This document shows, one piece after another, positions 28,324 through 38,232 of a stretch of 64,000 bases of DNA. A program made the position numbers and the translations under genes. The notes under the pieces were generated by a model. That model had not been told where the DNA came from and searched no databases. It saw only the letters and a list, made by a program, of their open reading frames with translations. How positions within the stretch are numbered: the stretch's first letter is position 1; each line of letters starts with the position of its first letter. This stretch comes from an uncultured Candidatus Saccharibacteria bacterium (lineage in GTDB: Bacteria; Patescibacteriota; Minisyncoccia; Phycocordibacterales; Zambryskibacteraceae), in contig CAZDDU010000001.1 of NCBI GenBank assembly GCA_964504255.1, positions 33,843 to 97,842 on the forward strand. Reading direction: 5' to 3'.

Positions 28324-29730
28324 ATGAAGAGGCTACTCATCACAGCTAGCTTCTATCTCCTAGCCATAGGCTTCTTTGCTACGCCTGCATCAGCACAGAC
28401 TGTGGGCTTGAGTGGTTTCGCCTGGTCGGATCTTCCTCAATCTACTGCAGGTGGGGGGGATAGAGGAGCGGGTTGGATCAGTTTCTCTGGTCCAGGTTAC
28501 GGAGTGGTGGCAAGCCAAAGCACGGGCAACCTCTCTGGCTACGCCTGGTCAGAGCACTATGGGTGGCTCTCATTCAACTCTGCGGAAGTAGCGGGGTGTC
28601 CATCAGGTACTTGTCAGCCAAATATTAATCCTTCTACGGGAATCGCTACTGGTTGGGCGAGATTTATCAATGCTCCAGCAGGCACTTCGGGCCCATGGAA
28701 CGGTTGGGTGCGCCTTTCAGGCAGTAACTACGGTGTGACATATAGTAGTGGGACACAGACATTTTCTGGCTATGCTTGGGGAGACAGCGACATCGGTTGG
28801 GTAAGATGGGGAGGACCTGGATACACGGTTACCATGAGTCCTCTTACTCCACCTGAGGCAACTATAAATATTGTGACAGTGCCTGCGAATGCAACTTGGA
28901 GCATTGCTCCTGGTGCTATAGGTGGTACGGGTAACGGCACAGCCACTGTCACTCCGTCTCAAGCAGGTACTTCTTATACTGTGACTGGTGGAGCTGCACC
29001 AAGTGGATACGACTTCCCACCCACTATTACGAACTCTCAAGGTGGAGGGTCTTCCGCACTTATACTTCCAGGTACTTCAATCACCTTCACTATTACTTAT
29101 ACCCAGTCCTTCGACTACAGCTTGAGTAACTCAGGCAGTGTTGATGTTCAGAAGGCGGGTATCGCCCAGTCAGGTCAAAACACTATTACTGCTACTCGCA
29201 GTGCTGGTACTGGTCAGTCAGTAACTCTTTCGGCTTCTGGACTACCAAGTGGGGCATCGATAGGCTTCTCTGGTCAAGGTTGTGCTCCTAATGCGGGTAG
29301 TCCATGCAACTACACCACCACTATCACTGTCCAACCTTCGACAGTCTCGGGTACATATCCAATAACTATCACAGGTTCGCCCCTTGGTAGGACAACTAGC
29401 TTCAACCTTGTTGTTACAGATTCGCCGAACATGATAATAAGTTGTTCTGCTAACCCAAGCACAGCGCAGGTTGGTCAGGATGTTACGTGGACAGCAACTG
29501 TAGTCAACGATCCAAACAGCAACTCACCTTACACATATCAATGGTCAGGTAACGGAGTGCCTTCCGAACAGGCTGTAGAGGTTACTGCCACACAATCATT
29601 TGTAACCTCTTACTCAACAACTGGCATCAAACAAATTGAAGCTACCGTTTGGGATAATGTTAGGAACCAAGCTCTGTGTCCAACAAGTTTCATAAACATT
29701 GGTGTTAAACCTGACTTCGGAGAGTTCTAG
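28324..29730 (+). CDS. secreted repeat protein (GYAWSxxxGWxxF repeats)
   Basis: Signal peptide MKRLLITASFYLLAIGFFATPASA; four repeats of about 30 aa. Confidence 0.55.
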   Translation: MKRLLITASFYLLAIGFFATPASAQTVGLSGFAWSDLPQSTAGGGDRGAGWISFSGPGYGVVASQSTGNLSGYAWSEHYGWLSFNSAEVAGCPSGTCQPNINPSTGIATGWARFINAPAGTSGPWNGWVRLSGSNYGVTYSSGTQTFSGYAWGDSDIGWVRWGGPGYTVTMSPLTPPEATINIVTVPANATWSIAPGAIGGTGNGTATVTPSQAGTSYTVTGGAAPSGYDFPPTITNSQGGGSSALILPGTSITFTITYTQSFDYSLSNSGSVDVQKAGIAQSGQNTITATRSAGTGQSVTLSASGLPSGASIGFSGQGCAPNAGSPCNYTTTITVQPSTVSGTYPITITGSPLGRTTSFNLVVTDSPNMIISCSANPSTAQVGQDVTWTATVVNDPNSNSPYTYQWSGNGVPSEQAVEVTATQSFVTSYSTTGIKQIEATVWDNVRNQALCPTSFINIGVKPDFGEF

Positions 29731-29750
29731 TGTGTTAAAATATTTAGGAC

Positions 29751-31493
29751 ATGCACATTGATGAGACAGAACTTAAACGTCTGGTACTTGATTCTGGTCT
29801 AGTATCAAAGAAGGATATTGAAGATGCTGCGAAGTTCTCTGAGGAGAATGGTCAGAGTCTTGGTAAGGTCTTGGTAAGTAGGGGAGTAATTACCGAAGAC
29901 GAGTTTAGACGTCTCCAGAGTTATATCTTGGGTATCCCGTTTGTTGATCTGAAGAACCAGAAGTTAAATATCGAGGTACTCTCTCTCATTCCAGAGCCTA
30001 TTGCCCGTAACCACAACATCGTCGCCTTCAAGAAGAGCGCGACTAATTTGGAAGTGGCCATGCTCGACATCGAGGACATGACGGCAATTGATTTCGTAAG
30101 GAAGAAGGTTGGACTAAAGATCGACGCCAGACTCACAGATAATGAGTCTATGAAGTGGGCCCTAGTGTCTTATCAGAAGAGTTTGAAGGATGAATTCGGT
30201 TCAGTTATCGAGAAGGTAGCTGGTTCCATCAAGGCCGGCAATGCCAAGGGGGATGAGAATGCTTCGGACCTAAAGAAACTAGCCGAAGATGTGCCCGTTG
30301 TCAGGGTGGTGGATACACTTCTCAAGCACGCTATTGTACAGGATGCGTCCGACATTCATATAGAGCCGGAGGACGAGCAAGTACTTGTGCGTTACCGCAT
30401 AGACGGCATCCTCCATGATTCGATGGTTTTGCCCAAGAACACCGCTGCTGGTATTACCGCCCGTATCAAGGTACTTTCGAGCCTTAAGCTCGATGAGAAG
30501 CGCGTGCCTCAAGACGGTCGCTTCAAGATTGATCTCGATGGGGAGAAGGTCTCCTTCCGTGTCTCTACACTGCCTACTTACTATGGAGAGAAGACTGTTA
30601 TGAGAATTTTGCGCGAGAATGCTTCGGGCTTTACTCTAGAGTCTCTTGGTTTTCACGGTTATGGTCTTGAGACGATCCACAACGCGATCAAGCTCACAAC
30701 CGGAATGATCCTTACCACCGGACCAACAGGAAGCGGTAAGACCACCACTCTCTACACAGTGCTCGACTTGGTGAACACTCCAGATGTAAACATCTCTACT
30801 ATCGAAGACCCTATCGAATACCAAATGAAAAGGGTGAATCAAACTCAAGTAAGACCCGAGATCGGCTTCACTTTCGCACAGGGTATGCGTACACTTGTGC
30901 GTCAGGACCCTGACATTATCATGGTTGGCGAGATTCGCGACAATGAGACGGCCGCTCTTGCGGTTAATGCGGCTCTTACAGGCCACCTTGTGCTCTCAAC
31001 CCTTCATACCAACTCTGCTGCTGGAGCGATACCAAGACTGCTTGATATGCAGGTTGAGCCCTTTCTACTGACCTCCACACTTCAAGTCATCGTCGCTCAG
31101 AGGTTGGTGCGAAGACTCGGCCAAGGTAAGAAGAAATATAATTTAAATAAGACCGAGATAGAGTCCCTTGGGCACCTCATAGACTTGAACCGACTCCTAA
31201 CAATGCTTAAGGCAGAGAAGGTGGTTCCCAAGGATGCCGATTGGAAGGATGTGCCGTTCTACAAGCCGAATCCAGAAGACGATAACGAAGGATACCAGAG
31301 TCGTATCGGTATTCATGAGATACTCAAGGTTACTGAGCCGATCAAAGCCCTTATTTTAAAGAACGCACCAGGCAAGGAGATCGAGGAGGTGGGCAAGAAG
31401 GACGGAATGATGACCATGCTCGAAGACGGTATTTACAAGGCGGTGCTTGGTCAGACGTCTATTGAAGAGGTTCTAAGAGTTATCTCAGAATAG
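29751..31493 (+). CDS. pilB: type IV pilus assembly ATPase PilB (GspE family)
   Basis: N-terminal T2SE_N domain, Walker A GPTGSGKTTTLY, conserved His/Asp boxes. Confidence 0.9.
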   Translation: MHIDETELKRLVLDSGLVSKKDIEDAAKFSEENGQSLGKVLVSRGVITEDEFRRLQSYILGIPFVDLKNQKLNIEVLSLIPEPIARNHNIVAFKKSATNLEVAMLDIEDMTAIDFVRKKVGLKIDARLTDNESMKWALVSYQKSLKDEFGSVIEKVAGSIKAGNAKGDENASDLKKLAEDVPVVRVVDTLLKHAIVQDASDIHIEPEDEQVLVRYRIDGILHDSMVLPKNTAAGITARIKVLSSLKLDEKRVPQDGRFKIDLDGEKVSFRVSTLPTYYGEKTVMRILRENASGFTLESLGFHGYGLETIHNAIKLTTGMILTTGPTGSGKTTTLYTVLDLVNTPDVNISTIEDPIEYQMKRVNQTQVRPEIGFTFAQGMRTLVRQDPDIIMVGEIRDNETAALAVNAALTGHLVLSTLHTNSAAGAIPRLLDMQVEPFLLTSTLQVIVAQRLVRRLGQGKKKYNLNKTEIESLGHLIDLNRLLTMLKAEKVVPKDADWKDVPFYKPNPEDDNEGYQSRIGIHEILKVTEPIKALILKNAPGKEIEEVGKKDGMMTMLEDGIYKAVLGQTSIEEVLRVISE

Positions 31494-31520
31494 TTCGACA
31501 AGCTCACTATAAATAACATG
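31491..31520 (+). repeat. recurrent junction element TAGTTCGACAAGCTCACTATAAATAAC immediately before the pilC ATG
   Basis: Other copies: 25539-25563, 37245-37272(-), 52008-52041, 53489-53525, 54361-54390, 59843-59867, 62545-62571. Confidence 0.7.
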
Positions 31521-32726
31521 CTCTATACTTACACTGCCAAGAATACCAAAGGAGAACTCTATACAGGTGAGTTTGAGGCTAAGAGTAAGATCGAGGTTTA
31601 TACCAAGGTGCGAGACGAAGGAGGAAGAGTCTTGGGAGTGAGAGAGAAGGGTTTCGTTAACCTGAATGTCTCAATTGATTCTATATTAAGTAGGATAAAT
31701 GCTAGGGATAAAATAGTTTTTGCCAAGAATTTGAGCTCTATGCTCTCAGCAGGACTATCTGTTACGAGAGCTCTTGAGGTGATGGAAAAACAAGCTAGGA
31801 AGAATGCATTGAAGAAGCTCCTTCATGACCTGTCTCAAGATGTAAGTAAGGGTATACCATTCTCAGAAGCTTTGAGAAAAAAACCTAAGGTTTTTCCTCC
31901 GATCTTCGTTTCAATGGCTCTTGCTGGTGAGGAGTCGGGTAACCTCTCAGAGTCTTTGGGGGTAATAGCTTCTCAAATGGAGAAGTCTTATACACTAACC
32001 AAGAGAGTTAAGGGGGCAATGATTTACCCAACAGTGATCCTTTCTTTGATGGTCGTTATTTCAATTCTGCTTCTCATTTATATGGTGCCAACTTTAACAT
32101 CAACCTTCAGCGGTCTTGGAGTGGAATTACCTATTACCACAAGAGTGATAATTGCCGCATCTGACTTTATGATCAAGCATACAATTATTTTTGTTACCTC
32201 ACTTATATTGGGTGTGGTTTTGTTTTTGGCATTCGCGAGAAGCAAGGTGGGCAAAAAGCTTCTTGAGACCATTTCTTTGAAACTACCTGTTGTTGGTCTT
32301 ATTGTCATGGAGGTTAATAGTGCTCGCACTGCCCGCACAATGTCGTCTCTTCTTTCCTCGGGTGTCCCAATAGTTAATGCTCTTGAGGTCACCGAGTCAG
32401 TCGTGCCGAATCATTTGTATAAAGCCGCACTCCTAGACGCAAGGAACTCAATTCAAAAAGGAGAGACAATTTCGACAGTACTAGCTCGCTACGAGAAGAT
32501 CTATCCGCCATTCATTACAGAGATGACCGCGGTGGGGGAGGAGACGGGCAAGATCTCTGAGATGTTGCTTAATGTCGCACTCTTCTACGAAGAGGATGTG
32601 GATGATAAGACGAAGAACCTCTCTACCATTATCGAGCCGGTTCTCATGATCATCATAGGTATCGGTGTGGCTATCTTCGCTCTTTCGATGCTTGCTCCAA
32701 CTTACTCATTAGTAAATGTCATCTAA
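31518..32726 (+). CDS. pilC: type IV pilus platform protein PilC (GspF family)
   Basis: Two T2SSF repeats, three TM segments. Confidence 0.9.
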   Translation: MLYTYTAKNTKGELYTGEFEAKSKIEVYTKVRDEGGRVLGVREKGFVNLNVSIDSILSRINARDKIVFAKNLSSMLSAGLSVTRALEVMEKQARKNALKKLLHDLSQDVSKGIPFSEALRKKPKVFPPIFVSMALAGEESGNLSESLGVIASQMEKSYTLTKRVKGAMIYPTVILSLMVVISILLLIYMVPTLTSTFSGLGVELPITTRVIIAASDFMIKHTIIFVTSLILGVVLFLAFARSKVGKKLLETISLKLPVVGLIVMEVNSARTARTMSSLLSSGVPIVNALEVTESVVPNHLYKAALLDARNSIQKGETISTVLARYEKIYPPFITEMTAVGEETGKISEMLLNVALFYEEDVDDKTKNLSTIIEPVLMIIIGIGVAIFALSMLAPTYSLVNVI

Positions 32727-33163
32727 TGAGAAAAAACGCTTTTACTCTCGTCGAAACGGTCTTCGCAGTGAGTATTTTTTTGATTGTAACCTTAAGTGTT
32801 TATGAGGGCTACAGCGTGCTTTATTCATCACTGTCCCTAGCTCATCTAAAGGTGGTTGCTGCCAGCTTAGTAAACGAAAGATTTGAGATAGCAAGAAATT
32901 TGCCTTACACGGATGTCGGTATAGTGAACGGCAATCCATCTGGAAAACTAATAGCTAGTCAGGTTTTAGTCAGAGACGGTATATCTTGGAATGTGGAAAC
33001 CTTGGTAGAGAATATAGACGACTCATTTGATGGTGTGAGTCCTATAGATATAAGACCTGCAGATTATAAGTTAGTTGAGATAACAGTTGCTTGTAATACA
33101 TGCAAAAATTTCACGCCAGTTAAGATATCTGGTTGGATCGCACCTAGAAATCTAGAACCATGA
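32726..33163 (+). CDS. prepilin-type N-terminal cleavage/methylation domain protein
   Basis: MRKNA|FTLVETVFAVSIFLIV class-III signal. Confidence 0.75.
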   Translation: MRKNAFTLVETVFAVSIFLIVTLSVYEGYSVLYSSLSLAHLKVVAASLVNERFEIARNLPYTDVGIVNGNPSGKLIASQVLVRDGISWNVETLVENIDDSFDGVSPIDIRPADYKLVEITVACNTCKNFTPVKISGWIAPRNLEP

Positions 33164-33771
33164 TGAAAAACAAAGGATTCACATTGCTTGAGAGTATTAT
33201 GTCCGTGGCCATTATGGTGGCAATAGTTTTTGCAGCAACATTACTAGCTAAAGATGTTTTGAGTACAAACCAGAGTGCGGTACAGAGCTTAAGTGCACAA
33301 TCAGATACCAGGAGGGCAATTAAAAGTTGGATTGCAGAGCTTCGTACTGCGACTCCATCTGCCACAGGTGCATATACTATAGAATCAGCCTCAACTAGCA
33401 GCCTAGTGTTCTTTGCTGATTTGGATAGCGACAATAGATCAGAGAGAATTAGATACTTCATTAGCACATCCACTAGATCGTTCAACAGAGGTGTGGTCTC
33501 ACCAACAGGTAGTCCACCATCGTATGTTTTGTCAGGAGAAAGTGTGATAACGATGGTTTCAGATATGGTTCAAGGTACCTCAACTCCAGTGTTTGAATAT
33601 TTCGATACGAATTATGCTGGGACAAGCTCCCCAATGACCTATCCTCTTGATGTGTCTATGATCAGATTGATTAGGGTGAACATATCGGTAGACAAGGATC
33701 CGAATCGCTCACCTGACCCACTCACGGTCTCATCAGAAGTGACTCTTAGAAATTTGAAGGATAATTTATGA
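33160..33771 (+). CDS. prepilin-type protein (pilin/pseudopilin)
   Basis: MMKNKG|FTLLESIMSVAIMVAIV. Confidence 0.75.
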   Translation: MMKNKGFTLLESIMSVAIMVAIVFAATLLAKDVLSTNQSAVQSLSAQSDTRRAIKSWIAELRTATPSATGAYTIESASTSSLVFFADLDSDNRSERIRYFISTSTRSFNRGVVSPTGSPPSYVLSGESVITMVSDMVQGTSTPVFEYFDTNYAGTSSPMTYPLDVSMIRLIRVNISVDKDPNRSPDPLTVSSEVTLRNLKDNL

Positions 33772-35213
33772 AAAAAGAAAAAGGCTTTTTGATAATTTTA
33801 GTTATGGTCTTCTCCTCAATAGCAATTGTGGCAATTATTAGTCTTATCGGTTTTGCAAACATAAACATTATTGCTGGTAGGAGGGCTATAATTAGTGAGC
33901 AGGCCTTTCAATTATCTGAAGCCGGAATTGAGTACTATCGTTGGCATTTAGCACATAGTCAAAATGACTTTACTGATGGCGGCGGGGCGTTCCCGCACTT
34001 ACATGATTTTTTCGACAGTGATGGGAACTTAGTGGGGCAGTTCGAGTTAACTGTCACAGCTCCTCCTGTTGGATCAACTCTGGTAACAATGGAATCAGTT
34101 GGTATACCCGCAGTGGATCCAAGTGTTCGTAGGACGATAGTTTCTCAGTTGGGTAAACCATCTTTTGCTAGGTTTTCTCTAGTTTCAAACTCGGACATGC
34201 GCTTCGGACAGGGAACTGTTGTTATTGGCCCAGCACACTCTAATGGGGGTATTCGTTTCGACGGTTTGGCACAAAATCTTGTTACTAGCGGTGTAGCAAA
34301 CTACAACGATCCAGACCACAGTGGCAATAACGAGTTTGGGGTGCATACCCATGTTAATGCTCCACCTGGTAGTGGCGTGAATGATACCTTTAGAGCGAGT
34401 GAGGCTCCTCCAACTAATCCTGTGCCTAATAGACCCGATGTCTTTCTTGCTGGTAGGAGGTTCCCGGTACCACTTGTCAGTTTTACTGGTATCACTTCTG
34501 ATTTAACTAACCTGAAGAACCTGGCCCAGAGTGACGGCAGATATTTCGCATCTTCCACAGCTCAGGGTTATAGAATAACTTTTAATACCAACGATACTTA
34601 CACTGTCCACCGTGTTTCGAATTTAAGAGCAGCCCCAAACAATTGTACGAATACTGCAGGTCAGACTGGGTGGGGTACTTGGACTGCGAGCACTACTGTC
34701 TTAGTTGGCACCTACGCTAATCCAAATAACGGCGTTATCTATGTGGAAGATCATGTTTGGGTAGAGGGACAGATAGACACAGCCAGAATTACCCTAGTAG
34801 CAGCTGCTACTAGTACGGGTGTGCAAAGATCAATTACGATAAATAACAATCTTCTCTATACTAACTATGATGGACAAGATGTGATATCACTAATTGCAGA
34901 AAATAATATCAATGTAGGTTTGTACAGCTTGGATAACCTAAGAGTAGATGCTGCACTTATATCAAATAATGGGAGAATAGGTAGATATTACTACGAATCA
35001 GATTGTGCTCCGAATAATACCAGATCGACTATTACTTTGTATGGCATGATCGGCAGCTATTTGAGATACGGCTTCGCCTATGTGGATGGTACAGGTTATG
35101 TAAATAGAAATCTTATTTATGATGGTAGTCTGCTTTATGCCCCACCCCCATCATTCCCTCTAACTACCAACACCTATCAGATTGTCTCTTGGCAAGAGGT
35201 CGCAGGTAATTAA
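33768..35213 (+). CDS. pilus-associated large protein with atypical N-terminal prepilin-like helix
   Basis: MKKEKGFLIILVMVFSSIAIVAII; lies in the pilin operon. Confidence 0.5.
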   Translation: MKKEKGFLIILVMVFSSIAIVAIISLIGFANINIIAGRRAIISEQAFQLSEAGIEYYRWHLAHSQNDFTDGGGAFPHLHDFFDSDGNLVGQFELTVTAPPVGSTLVTMESVGIPAVDPSVRRTIVSQLGKPSFARFSLVSNSDMRFGQGTVVIGPAHSNGGIRFDGLAQNLVTSGVANYNDPDHSGNNEFGVHTHVNAPPGSGVNDTFRASEAPPTNPVPNRPDVFLAGRRFPVPLVSFTGITSDLTNLKNLAQSDGRYFASSTAQGYRITFNTNDTYTVHRVSNLRAAPNNCTNTAGQTGWGTWTASTTVLVGTYANPNNGVIYVEDHVWVEGQIDTARITLVAAATSTGVQRSITINNNLLYTNYDGQDVISLIAENNINVGLYSLDNLRVDAALISNNGRIGRYYYESDCAPNNTRSTITLYGMIGSYLRYGFAYVDGTGYVNRNLIYDGSLLYAPPPSFPLTTNTYQIVSWQEVAGN

Positions 35214-35240
35214 ACTTGGGTTTTTTGGTATAATACCCGG

Positions 35241-35996
35241 ATGAAATACATTCTTGCTGCGAACTGGAAGAGTCACCCAAGTTCAAAGGATGAGGCCAAG
35301 AGACTCCTTGTCGGTTTGAGCAAAAATAGTGATAAGTTCAGGAAACTGCATACCATTATAGCGCCACCAAACACCTTTCTAGAGCTAGTTGGATCAAAGA
35401 TTAAGTCCATGGGTATCCTGGCCTCACAAGACATATCCTTGTTATCTAAGGGTACATATACAGGAGAGACAACAGTTGAGATGCTTAAGGGTCAGGGCGT
35501 AATGGCGTCGATTATCGGTCACTCTGAGAGGAGGAAGCTTGGTGAAACTAACAGTCTCATCTCTAAGAAGGCTAATCAAGCCTTAAAGGAGGGGATCGCT
35601 CCAATAGTTTGTGTCGGGGAAGATGTTCACGATACCGAGGGTAACTATTTCGAAGTACTTAATGCTCAAATTAGGGGTTCTCTCGAGGGTCTGAAGAAGA
35701 CTGATGCTAAGAAACTTGTTGTCGCCTACGAACCTCTTTGGGCTATCGGCAAGTCAGCGAAGGATGCCATGCAGCCAAATGACCTTGCCCAGATGATTGT
35801 CTATATTAGAAAGGTTTTGACCGAGATGTTCGGTAGAGCAAGTGCTGATCAGGTAGCAATCATTTATGGAGGCTCAGTAGAGCCTGGTAATGCCAAAGAG
35901 TTACTTGGGTCAGGGGCACAGGGTTTCTTGGTTGGCCACGCGTCACTTAGTGCCAAGAGTTTTGTAGAGATTGCTAAAGCTATGCTAAATAAATGA
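35241..35996 (+). CDS. tpiA: triosephosphate isomerase
   Basis: AANWK, IGHSERR, VCVGE motifs. Confidence 0.9.
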   Translation: MKYILAANWKSHPSSKDEAKRLLVGLSKNSDKFRKLHTIIAPPNTFLELVGSKIKSMGILASQDISLLSKGTYTGETTVEMLKGQGVMASIIGHSERRKLGETNSLISKKANQALKEGIAPIVCVGEDVHDTEGNYFEVLNAQIRGSLEGLKKTDAKKLVVAYEPLWAIGKSAKDAMQPNDLAQMIVYIRKVLTEMFGRASADQVAIIYGGSVEPGNAKELLGSGAQGFLVGHASLSAKSFVEIAKAMLNK

Positions 35997-36919
35997 AGTC
36001 AGTCAAAGAAATAGGAGATATAACTGGGAAGAGGGTTTTGGTCAGGGTGGATTGGAATGTGCCACTTGTGGATGGTTTAGTAAGAGATGATCTCCGGATC
36101 AAGAGGAGTTTAGAGACAGTTAATCTCTTGGTGGGCAAGGGTGCCAAGGTTACACTCATGACCCACCTTGAGCCAGAGGATAGGACTGTAGAAGTTTTGA
36201 AACCCTTTCTTCCTGTTAGTGTCGAGATCTTAGAAAACCTAAGACAAAACAATGGCGAGAAGGAGAACTCAGAAGAGTTCGCAAAGGAGCTTGCAAGTCT
36301 AGCTGACATATATGTGAACGAAGCCTTTTCTGTCTCACATAGAGAGCACGCGTCAATTGTACTCGTACCTAAACTCCTACCTAGCTTCGCGGGACTCGGA
36401 TTTATAGACGAAGTGGAAAATCTCTCTAAAGTCTTCAACCCAAAACACCCATTCCTCTTTGTTCTTGGAGGATCGAAGTTTGAGACCAAGTTGCCTCTAG
36501 TGAAGAAGTTTTTAAATATTGCTGACGATATATTCATTGCAGGTCTCAATGCCAAACCGGCTCTGGAGATGGGTTTTGATAAAGAACAAAAAATAACACT
36601 CCCAGTTGGCGACATTTCTGCAGCTGACTTAACTAAAGAAAATCTAGATATTTTAGAAGAGAAGATAAAAACTGCAGAGTTCGTAGTTTGGAATGGACCG
36701 CTCGGCAAGTATGAAGACGGGCTCAAGGAGGGGACTTTGAGACTTGCTAAAATGCTTGGAGATTCGGGTAAGGAGGTCATAGTGGGAGGAGCAGATACAC
36801 TAGCTGCTATAAAGGAGTTAAATATTGCGGACAATTTTACCTTCGTATCTAGTGGGGGGGGTGCCATGCTTGATTTCTTGGCGAATGGTACTCTCCCGGG
36901 TATTGAGGCTTTAGGTTAG
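35993..36919 (+). CDS. pgk: phosphoglycerate kinase (short, 308 aa)
   Basis: RVDWNVPL, NEAFSVSHREHAS, VWNGPLG, GGADT motifs. Confidence 0.8.
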   Translation: MKSVKEIGDITGKRVLVRVDWNVPLVDGLVRDDLRIKRSLETVNLLVGKGAKVTLMTHLEPEDRTVEVLKPFLPVSVEILENLRQNNGEKENSEEFAKELASLADIYVNEAFSVSHREHASIVLVPKLLPSFAGLGFIDEVENLSKVFNPKHPFLFVLGGSKFETKLPLVKKFLNIADDIFIAGLNAKPALEMGFDKEQKITLPVGDISAADLTKENLDILEEKIKTAEFVVWNGPLGKYEDGLKEGTLRLAKMLGDSGKEVIVGGADTLAAIKELNIADNFTFVSSGGGAMLDFLANGTLPGIEALG

Positions 36920-37245
36920 AGCTCTGGTCCACCGTCTCCTATTCTCTGTGGGACAAGATGAATATGGGTATGTGGTACATCTTTGCCAACAATGCCAAGT
37001 CTTACGAAATCGGCACTGTGACTATCCTTCAGTATTTTTGCCACATCTTTAGCTTTAAGAAAAAGATTTGCATAGAGATCGTCAGGCATATCAATAAACC
37101 AACGATAATGTGCCTTGGGTATAAGTAGTGTGTGGCCTGGGGCTACGGGGTGAATGTTTGCGAAAGCTATAAAGCTATCGTCTTCATATAAAATTTTTGC
37201 TGGAGCCTCCTTCCTAGCAATTTTGCAAAAGATACAATCGTTCAT
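36916..37245 (-). CDS. HIT-family (histidine triad) hydrolase
   Basis: CIFCKI..., HTHIHLVP triad. Confidence 0.85.
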   Translation of the reverse strand: MNDCIFCKIARKEAPAKILYEDDSFIAFANIHPVAPGHTLLIPKAHYRWFIDMPDDLYANLFLKAKDVAKILKDSHSADFVRLGIVGKDVPHTHIHLVPQRIGDGGPEL

Positions 37246-37272
37246 GCTATTTATAGTGAGCTTGTCGAACTA
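37245..37272 (-). repeat. junction element copy on the minus strand (TAGTTCGACAAGCTCACTATAAATAGC) before the HIT gene ATG
   Basis: Reverse complement of the plus-strand sequence; begins with the stop codon of the LTD gene. Confidence 0.7.
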
Positions 37273-38214
37273 ATATGAAATACTATCTACTAATACTCCG
37301 CTTGGGTCGAAGAGCGAGATTTTTTCATCTTCGTTGGCCCACATCTCCCAAGGTCGATGGAGATATACATACCAGGTCTTGCCTTCGAAATCCTTATCGC
37401 CTATATGGTTAGCCAAGCACCCCTCATAACTGAAATGACTCTTAACATAAGCGATACACATGCTAGACAAACCCTCCTCGCCATCTACGCAGTCTCGACA
37501 TATTTCATTGTCATTATTCCTTCCGCCGTATTTAGGAGTATGACAAGTTTGTAGTTGATCTACGTATCTCTTGCAACTAGTGTCGAGCGTCGAGTACCCA
37601 ACTTCTTTTGCAGGTCTGACACAACTCTTCTCTAATCCTCTTGGGAACTCGTATGTTTCGTCTAGGTATCCTGTGCAGGAGTTCTCCTTGAAGCTCGTAA
37701 GTGTGTACGAGGTTAAGTTCCCTGGTCCGCCGGAGATGATTATCGCTCTCTCGCCACGTTTTAGAATAATGTTCTCAAGATGACTTCTGCCGTCGGGAGA
37801 GACGATCTTTGTTCCCTGTGGGATCATCCCTACATCTGATGTGTAGTGCATGTACTGACTTCCAATAGCATAGCTTCTAGCTGATTTGCCATTCTCTAGT
37901 CTGTATCCAGTAATGTTTACCTGGTTAGAACCATTGTTCTCTATTACCACATACTCGCTCATTGGATCGTTCTCGTATTTACTGTTACCCCTCTCTATTC
38001 TTAGAGTTCTCGTTCCACTGCTATTAGTACCAGATGTGTAACTCCTTGTTTCAGATCCATCTTGGTTTGAGTTCTCCCGATTGTTTATTTGGTTCCAGCC
38101 AGAGATATCGAACCGCACACCTTTTGGGATGAGTATAGCGAAGATGACTATACTTATAGCAAAGAAGGCCAAAAGCCATTCTACAAAGGCACCTTTCTCC
38201 AGAGTCTTCCTCAT
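37270..38214 (-). CDS. membrane-anchored lamin-tail-domain (LTD) protein with Cys-rich C-terminal domain
   Basis: TM; EYVVIENNGSNQVNITGYRLENG matches the LTD signature; 10 Cys in the last about 120 aa. Confidence 0.6.
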   Translation of the reverse strand: MRKTLEKGAFVEWLLAFFAISIVIFAILIPKGVRFDISGWNQINNRENSNQDGSETRSYTSGTNSSGTRTLRIERGNSKYENDPMSEYVVIENNGSNQVNITGYRLENGKSARSYAIGSQYMHYTSDVGMIPQGTKIVSPDGRSHLENIILKRGERAIIISGGPGNLTSYTLTSFKENSCTGYLDETYEFPRGLEKSCVRPAKEVGYSTLDTSCKRYVDQLQTCHTPKYGGRNNDNEICRDCVDGEEGLSSMCIAYVKSHFSYEGCLANHIGDKDFEGKTWYVYLHRPWEMWANEDEKISLFDPSGVLVDSISY

Positions 38215-38232
38215 AAAGGGTATAATACCACG

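Noticed and set aside
38089-38232. N-terminal 48 codons of the recJ track ORF
   Set aside because: They overlap the N-terminus of the divergent LTD gene. Conserved RecJ sequence begins at the internal Met (38233), so the shorter start was used.
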